Assembly: GCA_036172245.1 (NCBI GenBank)
Contig: JAYWIR010000071.1
Location: forward strand, 372,001 to 418,360
From: Raillietiella orientalis
Taxonomy: Eukaryota
Direction: 5' to 3'
Length of the DNA: 46,360 nucleotides
This document shows positions 12,358-25,500 of the stretch, in pieces. The notes under the pieces were generated by a model. That model saw only the letters and a program-made list of their open reading frames with translations, did no database searches and was not told where the DNA came from. Numbering within the stretch: the stretch's first letter is position 1; every line of letters begins with the position of its first letter. Made by a program: the position numbers and the translations under genes.

Positions 12358-12825
12358 AGATATGCGCTGGCCGCGACCCCAGCTGCTCTTGCGTCCAGAC
12401 CCATCTACGCGCACTGTCGCGACCTTCCTACTCGCCAGAAACTGAAAAACCTACTGACCTACGACGACAAAACCACGAAAGGCAGGAGCGGTTCTGTTCC
12501 CCCAGTTGGGCGTGGGCTCGACTCTTGAGCGCCATGCATTTTGAGGGCTAGTTGCTTCGGCAGGCGGCTCTTTACACACTCCTTAGCTGATTCGGGCTTT
12601 CATCGCCACTGTTCTGTGCCCATTGACAATCAACACCATTCACGGGATGGAATGAGTACTACTCACCAAAATTAGCACGCTGAACCACTCATGGGTTCTA
12701 CGGTCCGAGCTGCGGTCCATAAACAAGCCGGACTTCTCATCTGTTATTCTCATCCTTAAAGTTTGAGAGTAGGTTCAGGTCATTTCAACCCCAAGACCTC
12801 TGATTATTAGCTTTACTGGATGAAT
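12358..12825 (-). pseudogene. Degenerate 28S (LSU) rRNA fragment
   Basis: The plus strand carries mutated antisense copies of conserved eukaryotic LSU blocks in the correct order: GCGCCAT.CATTTT.AGGGCTAGTTG.TTCGGCAGG, TTACACACTCCTTAGC, TTAAAGTTTGAGA.TAGGTT, CCCCAAGACCTCT.AT.ATT.GCTTTAC. Internal deletions present. Confidence 0.85.
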
Positions 12826-14415
12826 ATACAAGGATGGTTTAGCACGGCTATCAAGTTCTTGTTTTATTGCATTCGAATGCTATGAGCAGGAAAAAACACT
12901 AAGAGTAGAAATGGATTGGTGGATAAATTGGTGGATAAATCAAGCAGAGGTAAAAAGAAATAGACAGGTGAAATGTAAAAACAAAGTGTGTGCAATTGAG
13001 ATGTTTAGTAAAGAGGAAAGATAGATCTGTAGAAAGAAAGATAGCTCCTCTAGATTCAAAGGCCTGCCAAACCAGATGGATTTCAGCATTTCCTTCGCAT
13101 GCTTAAATAAAAGAAGTTGGCTTGATGCTTTGCAATTCGCATCACTGTCGGAAATTTTTCCAAATTCTTCAAGCACACCATGCAGATTCCACCATCATTG
13201 TCAACTGTATATAAGTGAATCATTGCCAAGCTCCTGTAAGAATTAAGTGCTTTTTTCTTTACATTCTTATTAATAGCAATTTAAAAAATGTTCACTGTGC
13301 AGTTTTTTGATTAAGCTTTTAGACTTCTTTTTTTTTTTTTTTTAATTTATTGCCTACCAAGATTCTTAAAAAGATAAGGTGCAGTGCGAAAAACTTCAGT
13401 CCTTTTGAGATAATGCAAATGAATTCCGTTAGGTTATCATCTTTCATTGATATTTCTGGGGAAGTTGTATTTATTAGGCTTTTCTGTTTTGCAGCGCCAT
13501 CTTTTCTTGTGAAGCAAAATGACCACTGCGATTGCAGATTTTGATACTGGTTGATGTAAACGATGTAATATGTAATTTTACAATGATACTTTCCATGATT
13601 ACTTGAACCAACTTATGATTAAATAAATAATCAGATGACTTGTTAACTCGTGAAAAATTAATAAACAACAAATACCATCATACATTTGAAGTAGCTTTAT
13701 TTCAGTGTCGATTATTCAGTATGTTACAACAAAATAAAATCAAGTTAAATTAATACCAAGCATGAAGGTTTTCTTCACTGGATATTCCATTAAATCTGTG
13801 AACGGTGCTTGAAGCAAGTGCAATGCTACAAAAGAATGGGGGTGCAAAAAAAAGAAAAAAAGGAAAGTAATGTCAAACATCTACGAAAACATTGGGAAAA
13901 GTTCGATTTTTTGAAACCCAGTTAAGTATTCCAATGCTTGCAAATTGAGCAATGAAAATGCAAATGTGTGATATTGCAATTAATGATTCCACTAATACGT
14001 ACTTTTGCACATGGTATTTTAATGTTTTGTTTAGGATTTTACACGAGTACACCGTTTTATTAATTGTGTTGTTTTTCTGATTATTCTGTATTTTACAGTT
14101 TCATCTTATGTATTTTTCGGCGTAACTCACTGCTTTTTTTGTTTGTTGAAGGACACGAAGTATGCCATAGGAATGGATTTGTTGCACGAGGCCAGTGTAT
14201 CGTGTGCCACATGAACACGGAGGATTCATCAATATTTATTAACAGTAGACTACTACTGCAGCTTTTGAATTCCTACAAGTAGACGAAGCATTTTGAAGCA
14301 TAGTTACGAACAATTTATGAAGCTTTTTGCACGAAAGGTATAAATGATTTTGTTGAAATTTAGGCCAAAAATCTAAGGAAAGAGCAGAACGAGTAAGATG
14401 AAGAAAAATATATAT

Positions 14416-14597
14416 ATATTTTTAGCAAGATGTTTTCAACATCGAAATCTAGTAAACTGACTGATGATGGCATGGGGAGACACATGGGATTACACCTTCT
14501 ACCTAGTAGATATAAATCATATGTCTTTCCTTTCCCCCCATGCCATCATCAGTCAGTTTACTAGATTTCGATGTTGAAAACATCTTGCTAAAAATAT
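14416..14597. repeat. Perfect 62-bp inverted repeat with 58-bp spacer (MITE-like or foldback)
   Basis: 14416-14477 is the exact reverse complement of 14536-14597. Confidence 0.95.
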
Positions 14598-17500
14598 TTT
14601 TTTTTTTTCTCAACGCAACGGACCGTTGCCATGACAGCACCTAACGAGAGGCCGCCTGGCGTGAAGAAGCGGCGCATCAAGTCCCTTGCAGTGTCCCCCT
14701 GGTGCAGGAGAGCTGAGGCCAGCCTCCGCCACAGTCCTTAGAGGACACTGCAGTCCAAGAGCAGGTGCGGGAGCGTTTCCACTCCCCCACAACTTTTGCA
14801 GTTCGGGAGACAACTCCCCTGGAAACACGGTTCGTGCGCTGGTTGCAATGGAAACCCCAATGCACCAGCATGACAACGTCTTGTTTCCAAGAAAGGGGGA
14901 ACATAGAAGCGTTCAAGCACGAAGGAGAGACCACGGGGGGCACACTCAAAAGTTCACTCCACCGGAGGAGTCCTTTCGAAATGTTGCGAAGCGTCTGCCA
15001 ACTCGCTAGTCCACCAGCCACCCATGAGTAGGGTTGCTCCTGCAATGGTGCAGGCGACCTCCCACCTTGACCGAAGGCAGCTATCGTCACTCGCCCTGAG
15101 GGCAGACAGCGCTTCGGCGAGGGGCGTGACGGCCAGGCGAGTCCACTTCTCCTAATTGTTCATCACCTCCTCCACTGTACAGTAAGGAGAGAGGTTGATG
15201 CAACGGAGTTCCAGACGGGGAACATCATCATCAAACAACTTGCCCAGGCATACAACGGTTCCTCCTCCAGGCGTTGAAGTTCGTTGGGAGGCAGGAAATC
15301 CATGTGTGGGCTTCCAGGAGGCGGTAAAGAGGTTTCAAAAGGAAACCGAAGCTTCTCATGGCGCACTCCGTATGCGGCAGCAGCGAGAGAAGTCCTTCGC
15401 TGCCAGTGCAGTGCCCCAGTAGCAGGAGCGCGGAGCACACCACGGAGTGGACCAAAGGTGGCACAAAGGGCCAACATTCGTAACTGCACCTGCAGCTCGA
15501 TCCTCTCCAACGTCAGGATGCCCATTCCGATGCGGAGCCGCCAAATCTTTGAGGCGGATCCTGGACCTCGCGGGTCCCCAAAAATCTTTTCTCAACAGGC
15601 GTCTTGCCTGGAGCTTGGCCGAGTAGGGGAGCGGGCAAACAAAAAACAGGGGACGGAGGAGGAAGGCAACGAAGGTGTTCCAAACGGAGGACCGCTCCGG
15701 CAGGACGAACCTGCCAAGGTGGAACGGACTTAGAGCACTCGCAGCCTTCCGAAGGCAGTCCGACCAGCTTCCACTGGACTGATGTCCCCCGGCGGGACGC
15801 CTAAGTACTTGAAAGACGTAGCGGACGGGATCCCTAGGCGGATCCAGTCGGATCGCCCCTCCCATGCCGCACCAACAGAAACGACCACACTTTTGCTCCG
15901 GTTTATGCTCACGCCCACTCCCCGGCGAATCAGCTCGAGGAAATCCTCCAGACTGGACACCGGGGCGGTCATGGGTAAAAGGAGAAGCAGGTCATTGGCA
16001 TTTATCATCCGGATATGACGGGGTATTTATTATTCTGATTTTTTACAAAATCAGATAATAAAGTCTATAAATATGGCCTGTCGTGGAGGACTGCCTCGGG
16101 CTCCGAGGAGCATAGCATCGGGAACCATTCCCAGATCAGGCTCGCGCCTGGGAAGTTTGGGCTGGCGAGCAGCCCTTGGTTTGGCCGGGGCTTGGCGAGC
16201 TTTTGTGCTGCCCTCGAAGTCCGAATTTCGCGCACGCAGTAGGCGTTTTGCCTGCCGGCTCTTTTGCTGGCAGCCTAAAGCTGCTCCAGCATTCAGGGAG
16301 GGTGCCGCCGGCGCCAATCCCTCTCTAGAGGGCGCGGCGTCGGCAGCTTCCCTTTCGGTGCGGGCGACAGCGGCGGCGCGCGCAACCGTCGCAGAGGCTT
16401 TGTCGTGTGCCTTTGGCGCGCAGGACTGCCTCTTCAATCCGCCTACCTTGATAATGGGGAAGTAGGAAGGATCTCTTAGCTTCCTCTGCTTCACCTTCCT
16501 CCCCACAAGAGTCCAGCCAGCTTCGCCATTCTTCGGGTTGCTCGGCTCGACGCCAGGGCCTGCAGGGTCCTCTGCATCCGTTCCAAGGCCTCCCGACGGG
16601 CGATCGCGGCAGTTGCTCCCTCGCCGCATCTGCCTTTTGTACCTTTTTACCGGGAAGTGCGGGCGGAGTGGAGGGATTCTGGGGGGTCGCGCGAGGCTTC
16701 GCAGCCTTTCCCGCGGATCGGCTCGCCGTGGACGGCTTGCCTTTTGAGGGCGGAAGGGCGCGCGACCCCTTTTTGGACGCTCCGGTTGTCTTCCCGCGCG
16801 TGCCACCGCCATTTTGCTCCGGAGCGGGAACGGACGGGGACGGTTGTGCAGCCTTTTGCCGGATGTTTTCGGCAGACTGCGTCGCGCGATGCTTGCTTTT
16901 TGCAACGTCAAGTGGTTTTTTGCCCTTTTGCGCGGACTTTTGGGGCGTTTTTCCCCCAGACACGCCCGTGCAATCGGTCTTCGGCGCATTTATCCCCTGC
17001 GGAACCTCGTTCGCGCCGGATTTCTTGCCCGATGACGGGGCGGTTGGATTCGGCGCGGACGGCGAAGTTGCGGGGAGGTTTCTCGCCCGTCTTTTTCTTT
17101 TGAGCTCGGCACACTCATTGATAGAATGGCCGAGGATCTTGCAGTAGCGGCAACTGCGTGTGGGGCACTTCCACGGACGGTGGCCCTCCTTGCCGCAGTT
17201 GCAGCAAGCCGGGGTTTGTCGGCAAACCGAAGAGACACGATGGCATCACCAAGTTGGATCTGCGAAGGCAGCAGCCTCCGTTTCTCCATCGTGACGCGGG
17301 CCGTGGCGAGTCCGCAAGGGAGGCACGGAACCTTTGTCACCGGGTTCGCGCGCCTCCACGATGCGTGCACGGTTGCGAATGCCTCCAGTGCAGCGATCAA
17401 TTCGCGGTCGGTGATTCCCAGCCGAATGGCCGAGAGTTGGACCATGAACGACTGGTCCAGGGCCGCGGAGGCGACCTCCTTACCCCTGATCTTCAAGGGG

Positions 17501-17990
17501 GTTCGGAGCAGGCGCTGGACGAGGGCTGCATCTCTGCAGTGAACCTCCCAATGCCCCAGCGTTAATGCCAGGAGGTCGTCCTCGCGGACCCCAACGCGTT
17601 CCAGCTCGCTCCAGAGCTGGTCTCCCGTCCCATAGGAATACAAGGCAATCACCTTGTAGGAGAACGCGGGCTTATAGCCTTGGGTTACGTATGCTCGCAG
17701 CTCTATCTCGTCAGGGGGCGCTCCATTAGCCGCCGCTGCCTTGGCAACGGCGGCAAAACCTCTCTCTGGGACGAGGGACGATCGGTGGAGGCTTCCACTC
17801 CTCCCGAAGAAGGTCCTGCAGCGCAGGGGGATTCCTCCACCTCCATGGAAGCAGGTGTTGGCCTCATCTTCATGTGAAAATTACACACCACACCCAAAAA
17901 AGACAACCGCAAGAATTCTAACGACGGAGCGCAAGAATGCACGTCCGAACAATGGCGGGGGGTCGGCTGTACAAGGTCTTGCTTTCGTGG
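14597..17990 (-). mobile_element. Internally deleted Tx1-like element (frameshifted ORF1 + 3' half of ORF2 + A12 tail)
   Basis: ORF1 runs from ~17873: FAAVAKAAAA, RRM-like 16990-17652, CCHC knuckles CCNCGKEGHRPWKC and CRYCKILGHSINEC (~17105-17205). It then jumps to NANDLLLL (degenerate YADD, ~16000), INRSKS, FKYLGVP and the C-terminal CKSCGGVETLPHLLLDC. T12 at 14597-14608 is the poly(A) tail. Confidence 0.85.
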
Positions 17991-20900
17991 CTATTAGAAA
18001 CTTGTGACCTGTGGAATCTAAATGACTGAAATTGCAGCATAAAGAAGCCTTTATCAAAAACTTCCACTTTCCCATATATTTGGAACACGTAATTCGTTCA
18101 GCAAAGCTAGTAACAAATTTCCGTCATAAGTAGTGGTGCACGATGCAATAACATTATATGATTGACCAATTATAATACTCCAATTAATTAAAAACAGGCA
18201 CACTATTTTTCAAATATTGTTCTGCATTAATATAATCTGAAGCAAACTCTTTATTAATAATTTGAAGCCGATCCTATCCATTTAATTTAACAAAATAAAA
18301 ACAAATTAAATGAAAATAAATGATGGAAAAAGGTTCTCTAAAGTCCTCCACAGCCAAAACCAAGAGTTAGAACTGATTATAGGTAATACGTAATATTATT
18401 ATTATTACTGAATGCCATTGCTCGGAAAAGCGTATGTAAAGTGGTATGCAGCCATAGGAGAGTAATTTTGCAGAAAACTTGGACTTTTGATTGAAATAGG
18501 TATCCCTGAATTGCAAGATACCTTCAACTTCAACTAACTTGAATTAATTCCTCCTACAATTATAGAAGAATCTCGAACAAATGTTGAAATTTTAAATAGA
18601 ATATTTTCACTCTTCTGCATTCTCAGTTGCATGAAAATTAGCCTTATTCTCAGGTTGATAAAGTTTTTCATTACAACCGCGTTATTGAAAATTCTGCGTC
18701 TTGGGATCATGTTTCACCATGGTCTCCTGAGAATTGGACAAGCGGAAATCGTTTGAAAGAAAACGAAGAAAACGAATTAAATGCGTTCATTTTGTACACT
18801 TTCAAAGACTATTAAAAAAAGATCGTAAAGATGGTGGAACTACGACAAAAGAAACTGCTTTCGCATCTGCATCCTTATCGATTAAGAACAATGACTTAAA
18901 ATCTCTTCAAGACAGGAATTCCATTCACATTATATTTGCTCACGAATGATCATCATTTATTTTCTGCATATCATGTTAATTTCTTTAAATGAAAGCCTAA
19001 ATGGGCCTCTAAAGCTATACCGGCTTTCAGAAATGAGTACTGGTCTAAATGCAATGCTCATAGCATTTCTGGGCACCTATTGACTCCTTGCTTATTAAAT
19101 CTTGATTGTATTAACATTCACAGACATTCTACCATTCGATTCATCTCAAAGTATTTGGTACCTGTGACACTCTTGCTAACAGCAAACTGTAAAAATAACA
19201 CTCAAATCATCGAATTATTAATTTCTATCCTAAACTACATAATTCAGGAGAACAAAATTCTTTAAGAATATCACAGAAAGAGAGAGAGAGAAAAAAAGTG
19301 AATGCAAAGAATACAACGACATCGAAGGTTAAAAATGTACCATTTATGTAAAATATAATGTGAATTACTATGTGTCATCGAAATTACTTATGTGTTTTCC
19401 TCTTTTAAGAATGGGAAACTGCTTATTACATGTCCGAAGGAAAAGCATCAAAGGGAACAAATATGAATTCTCTACTAGGATTTTTCCCGATCATTCAGCA
19501 TCAAGATCAAATAATGATAATCGCAAAAAACTCTTGAGAAACCAATACGATTTCCTATGCATTAAACGTATACAGTGCACAGACGTATAGCTTGAAAGTT
19601 TCTTGACAAAAGACGAACAGGATTTTCGGGAAAGTGAAAATGTGACTGACTATTGGCTACACTGGCCTGTTTACTGAGTGTTGCAGAGAACTGCTTGATT
19701 CCTGAAAGCTGTGGAGATCTTGAATAGATATTACATCCGTAGAGAACCGTAGTTTGTTTAAAAAGGCGACATGACTGAAATCGGCCAGTCATATTAAACA
19801 GAGGAGCACTTTCACTACTTAATGAACACTAAAAATTATTCGATCTAGTGACTACATTAGTGGCTTAACGATGCAGATAAAAGTTCTTTCAACAAAACTG
19901 TACTTCTGTTTACAACACAAAGCAAACGAGAATTTTACTCGGAGTTTTTGGAACAAAATGCGAAAAGATGGATATTTTCATTTATATATCCATAGGCTTT
20001 CATAAAATCCATGACACACTTCTTCAATACAGAATTCCAATGGAAAATCCTGTACTCAGGTATTATTTAAAATTGCCTAGCAATCTTTACCTGGGACATT
20101 AATGTCAGAATGATTATTGAAATTTTGAAAATCGAATCAATTTGTTGCTCAATCATTCCTTTTTCACCACCTCTCACATGTGCAAATAGACAACAGTAGC
20201 CTTTAATTCCGGGACGGTTCCGCAAGAAAATTTGCAGACGCACAAATGGGCATTCATGAGATGCAAATCTGGGATTCCTGAGCATCCGCAACGAAATACG
20301 CAATGAATGTTGGCTCCCTGGCACGTCCTGAGAATTGTATTCAGCAGAAGGAGGGAACCCCGCCACAAGGGAAGTGGAGATACTGCTGCAACGGCATTCT
20401 TTGTTTGAACTTTGAAGACATTTGGAAAAATGAAAAACAATACTTGCTTTATCATTCAGGAAAACTTCCGATAATTTCTGTGCTACTCTCTGCCCTACTG
20501 GTGAGAACGTTTGCATTTGCCGATCGTTTCCGTTAAAGTTCTACGCCTTAAGAAACTGAAAGCAAATATGCAAAATGAATACAATTCGCAGAGCACTTAT
20601 ATAGAAAGTCTCCCTTTCCATTTGTTTACTGCTCAACTAAAGCACAGTATTGCTACGGTGAAAGAAATCGGTTTGCAGCAGAGGAACTTACGTTGCTAAT
20701 AAAAAAAGAAAAAAATGGTCATAGGCTACGGAAACTTGCTCGATGAAGCTTTTCGTTCATTTTCATTTCAGCTGAAATCATTTTTATTAACCTACTGAAA
20801 CTGTCGTGGAAGCGTCATAGATTGTCTCTTTTTTCGCTTTGAATTTTATATGCATCACTGCAAATTTACAATGGATAAGACACAATATACTGGACTTGGA

Positions 20901-21879
20901 GGCATATGGAACTGCAGCCAGTCACTCTTATAATCCTCAAAACTGATTGTATTCGATTCCGATCTTGCACTAGCGAATAAGTAATATTATTAAGCAAGAA
21001 TTTATTTAGCTATTATAAAGCATCGCCTTATACCACTGTTCTTCAAAAATGATCCAAGTTTTCCAACACCCAAGTTCCTTTTCAGCGTGTTCACCTAAAG
21101 AAGTAAACCTTACAATCTCGACTAAGGTGAAAGGCGAAAGAGATACAAAAGATACAAAATAAATGATACTTCGTTAATGTGTAACAGCTGAATTCTATCC
21201 GAACAGCGTTTATTTTCGCATTTTCCATCAATTTCAGGCGAACTTATTTCGACACGCTGGTTGTGAACCTCAATTGTTCTTCCTTCTTTCCTGATGTTCT
21301 CTTGTCGCTGCATTGCTTAATTACAACTTTGGTCATTAGAACGCCGTTGGGTGTGCTCCTTGATCGCTGAAGGATCTCAAATGTCACAGAACTTACTGTC
21401 AGAAAATAACTGATGCCCTTGAATACTGAAGGCATTATTTTTTTTAAATGGTTCTGTCTATTTATTTTTAAATACTTCACGAGTACTCTGCAAGGTGCTT
21501 GTGATTTATGACACTTAACCATATAAAATAATTATTGCACCATATGGATGAACAAGGCAATCATAACCACCATTCATCTGCTAAGCAGATTTTCATTTCA
21601 TAAACTAACTTTGCCAGTTTTTGTTTAGATGTCAATTGCTTAGAGCATTGTGTTCTCCCAAACCAATAATTTTGAAATATATACTTGTAATTTGTTTTTC
21701 AGTTATTCATCAATACGAAATACATTCGCCGTCGCTGGATTCACTATATCCATGCATGCCTCAACTACCAGGAGTTATTGCGGAGATGGGAAATCAAACG
21801 TCTGTTTGTTTCTTCATGGCTACATAACGACATTGCCTATTTATATTACAATACCATTAGTTTTCTCTTCAAAGCACCA

Positions 21880-22540
21880 TTACTTGAATCCTATTATGGA
21901 TATAAAGCCCTATCAGTGTTCATTCTGACATCTATTCCACTGATAAACACTGCCCACCTTTGCCTTATAAAAGTTGCTTCAATGATGGCAGACTCTGAAA
22001 ACTTGGTAGCTCATTGTTATGGAGGATTTTCAGGTACTACATGAGTGTGAAAATTATTTATGAATAAACTTCTCTGCCAATTTTCTTCTAGATATAAACT
22101 TGTGTCTAAAAGTGATTTCAAATGCCATTATATTTCATGGAACAGATGCAAGTTTAAAACTTCAGGCATTTTATTGGTTAGAATTGGCTCTAAATCAATT
22201 AGTTTCCAAAGATGTTTCCTTGTTAGGAAATCTCAGTGGAATCATAATTGGTGCCATCTATGTGAAAATCTGTCAAAATCTTTGGGAAACAACTTCTCTG
22301 GGTAAGCACCTTTTGAAACATTTTCTTTCTTCCTCCTTTTTTGATAACTTAAGGACTTTTCAAGGATCAGGCATAGTTCATTTATTGCAAAAATTTATTT
22401 CATCATTAATGATCCCAAATTTTTCATCTAATATTGTTCTTGAAAAATCAATCATAATGATGGAGGCATGTTTATTTACTTGAAATCAACGTGAAAACAA
22501 ATAAATTGATATATCTTTAGAGAAACCTGATAGGTAGGGA
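21880..22540 (+). mobile_element. Possible highly decayed Penelope-like RT remnant
   Basis: Faint ordered similarities only (PTF.L.K, KLVS..D, GIIIGA, NFSSNIVLE, YL.IN...EKP), with many stops. Confidence 0.25.
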
Positions 22541-25500
22541 ATTCTCAGCACAAATTTCATGGCTTAAATTGCAACAGACTTGACCTCCAAAAACACTCAA
22601 CTAGAAACAATGAAAGGCGCAAATCAGGTAGAAAACCTGGAACAATTTTGATGAAATGGAGAACAGTAAAATAGCATCAGGACATGACTAAAAGCAGAAC
22701 AAACTGCAGTGCAAGGATCCATGAGATATGATGAGAACTGAAGTATCATTGCTATCTAGAATGAAAGGCATTTATTTCTATAATACCTTTAATCAAGCTT
22801 CCTTAAACAGTTTACCATCAATAGAGGATGGAAATGGAAACACACTTGTAAGAGAGCTGCATAGGATCACTAAGCTTGTAGTTTGAAATCTAAATCTATC
22901 TGAATTACAATTCCTTAAAAAATTTTTGCAATCAATGAAGCTTTTTCATTTTGTACAATGTTCAAAAGCTGTGAACATTCTATTCTTTTTAATATTTAAA
23001 GGCATTAGATTTTATTCTTTGCATATAGAATAGAATTCATGCCATTTGGTAACTTGTCACAGCATATTGCAGGTTATTTCATATTCTTAACAAATGATCT
23101 GCATTTGAGAAAACTGTAGACTCTACTTTGCTGTTGTTTCAGTTTGTTCAAAGGTTTATACAAATCCTTTGCAGCATCTATCCATCAATTTGATATCTTC
23201 TGTTCAGTTTTGGTTGGTTCATTGCAGCTTTGCATCTTGATCTTATGTGAGCTTTATCTTCTTTGGCTTATCTCAACTTTGGAAAGAGGATCAATTTTCC
23301 AACATTGTATGTAAGACTACAAAAGTCCATCAAATCAGTTTTGCATTTCTTGATATATCAGAAATAGTGCACTAAATCTGCATTTGGAACCTCCTTATGT
23401 AAAATATATACATTTAGCTTTTCTTTTGTTTCCTTCAAACTTGAAAAATTGTACCATTCCATTTGTTTTCAATCCATGCGAAATTATTCCCCATTGGATT
23501 CATGTTTCCTGCAAATCTATCATACCTACCATTTAATTTGCAATCTTCCCTTTTTACTAAACATCTCAATTGCACTCAATGTTTTTACATTTCACCTATT
23601 TCTTTTTCCTTCTGCTTTATTTATCCACCAATTTGACTTTCTACTCTTAGTGTTTTTTCCTGCTCATAGCATTCTAATGCAATAAAACAAGAACTTGATA
23701 ACCCTGCTAAACCATCCTTGTAAATTGAAGCTATTAAAGCATCTTGCAGTTTACAGCCATAGATTGGTCTCTTGAGAAACAATTCACCAACCAATAATCA
23801 AGAGTGCACATTATTCATCATGAGTAATGTTAAATGAATGAGGAATGAATTAGCTTCTAATGATCATTCAATCAATTGATCAAATTTTTAATGGACAATT
23901 CTAAATTGATTATAAATTACATTAACAAAATGTCAGTGTCACTGTATTTATATTCATGGTACAGGTTAATCTTTGTTTTTTATCTTCATTTGAAAAGAGA
24001 TATGGAAGTACTTGGATTCTGTGTTGAAATAAGCAGTGATACTTATCATAAGTTTAGGTTTAGCTCCAAGGAACAATGTACACATGTATTGTGCTACTGA
24101 ATCCTGTTTCAATTAATTGTGGCAACCTTGAATTCATAGAAGTTTAAATTATACAAATGTCTAACAGAAAAATGTACAACAATAATTAAATCGCTAAGGA
24201 TTTTCAAGAACATTGTAATCAAAATGATCAGTTACAGGTTGTGTGCAAAATTCAAAAACACCTTTGGTGCCAAACGTAATGCCAAGGAGTATGCACAATA
24301 GCGATGGAACCACATCAATGAAAAAGTCCATTACTTCAAAACATATTTACAAAAACAACGAACTAATTGGAATGCAAAAGAAAATTTCCAATAGAAGTGT
24401 TTGCACGGACAAAATTTGCTAGTAACAGTGACATAACACAGAATTTGGATAAATTACAGCTTTCACTGTAAACATGTGAACACCTGTTTCATCCACAAAA
24501 AGCATATTAAGGAAATTTTTACTATTTCTCATATTCTGTGATTACTGCTGAATAAAGTTTCTTGATTTACTCATTTTCTAGCTTATTATTACATTTAAGA
24601 TGAATACTTAATTAGTAAGTGAAAAATATTCACTGCATAAGAGTATCTATCACAACTAAAATTGACAATGGAATGCGGTTTCTGTTTTCATTTCTTTGGA
24701 ACCACATTTTTGCTCGTATGTTCAGAGTTCAGAGTTTCCGATGTAACGTTTCTGAAGCACATGAAAGTAATTGACTTACACTTTGCACTTTGTGATCTTG
24801 TAACAGCGCAACAACATATATTGATGTGAAGGATATTAACAATTTACATCATCTTTTTGAAATTGTACCAATCAGCCAACGAGCCAGATCCTAAATGTGC
24901 AAATATATTCCTTCAACCATAACCAAAAGAACCAAACAATCTAAAATTGTCAATGACACTTAAAGGACATAATGAATTTTGAACTTTTCTTTACATTTCA
25001 ACTTATTACCTCATTTAATCCAAATATGTGATCACCTTTAAAAATTAATGAACCTTTTTCTTAAAGAAAAGCTTTTTGTTATTGATTTATGATTGTAGTT
25101 GTTTTGCCTTCTATTTATTTATTTACTTTTTGCAAACTCCAAGAATATTTATTCTTGCCCATAGATTATGATTATTGATGAACTGTACACTTACACAGTT
25201 CATCAATGATCACAAGGAAGCCTAATATTCATCCTCTTCTTTTAAACGCATACATATGCAAAACTTCCGATGAACAATATCCATCATGGATAAAAGTATC
25301 CTATAAACTGCAATTTTAAGTTGGGCCACCGGGAAAATTGCAATTTGGACCTTTTGCAACAGCCATCAAAGTTGGGGATTTTCTGTTTTTGAAAAAAATA
25401 CTGTAACCAAATAATGTCTTAATAGATGTTCACCAGCTACTTCTGCATTAGTCGTAATGCACCTCTAAACGGTAAAACTCACTACAATCCTCCAAATCTT

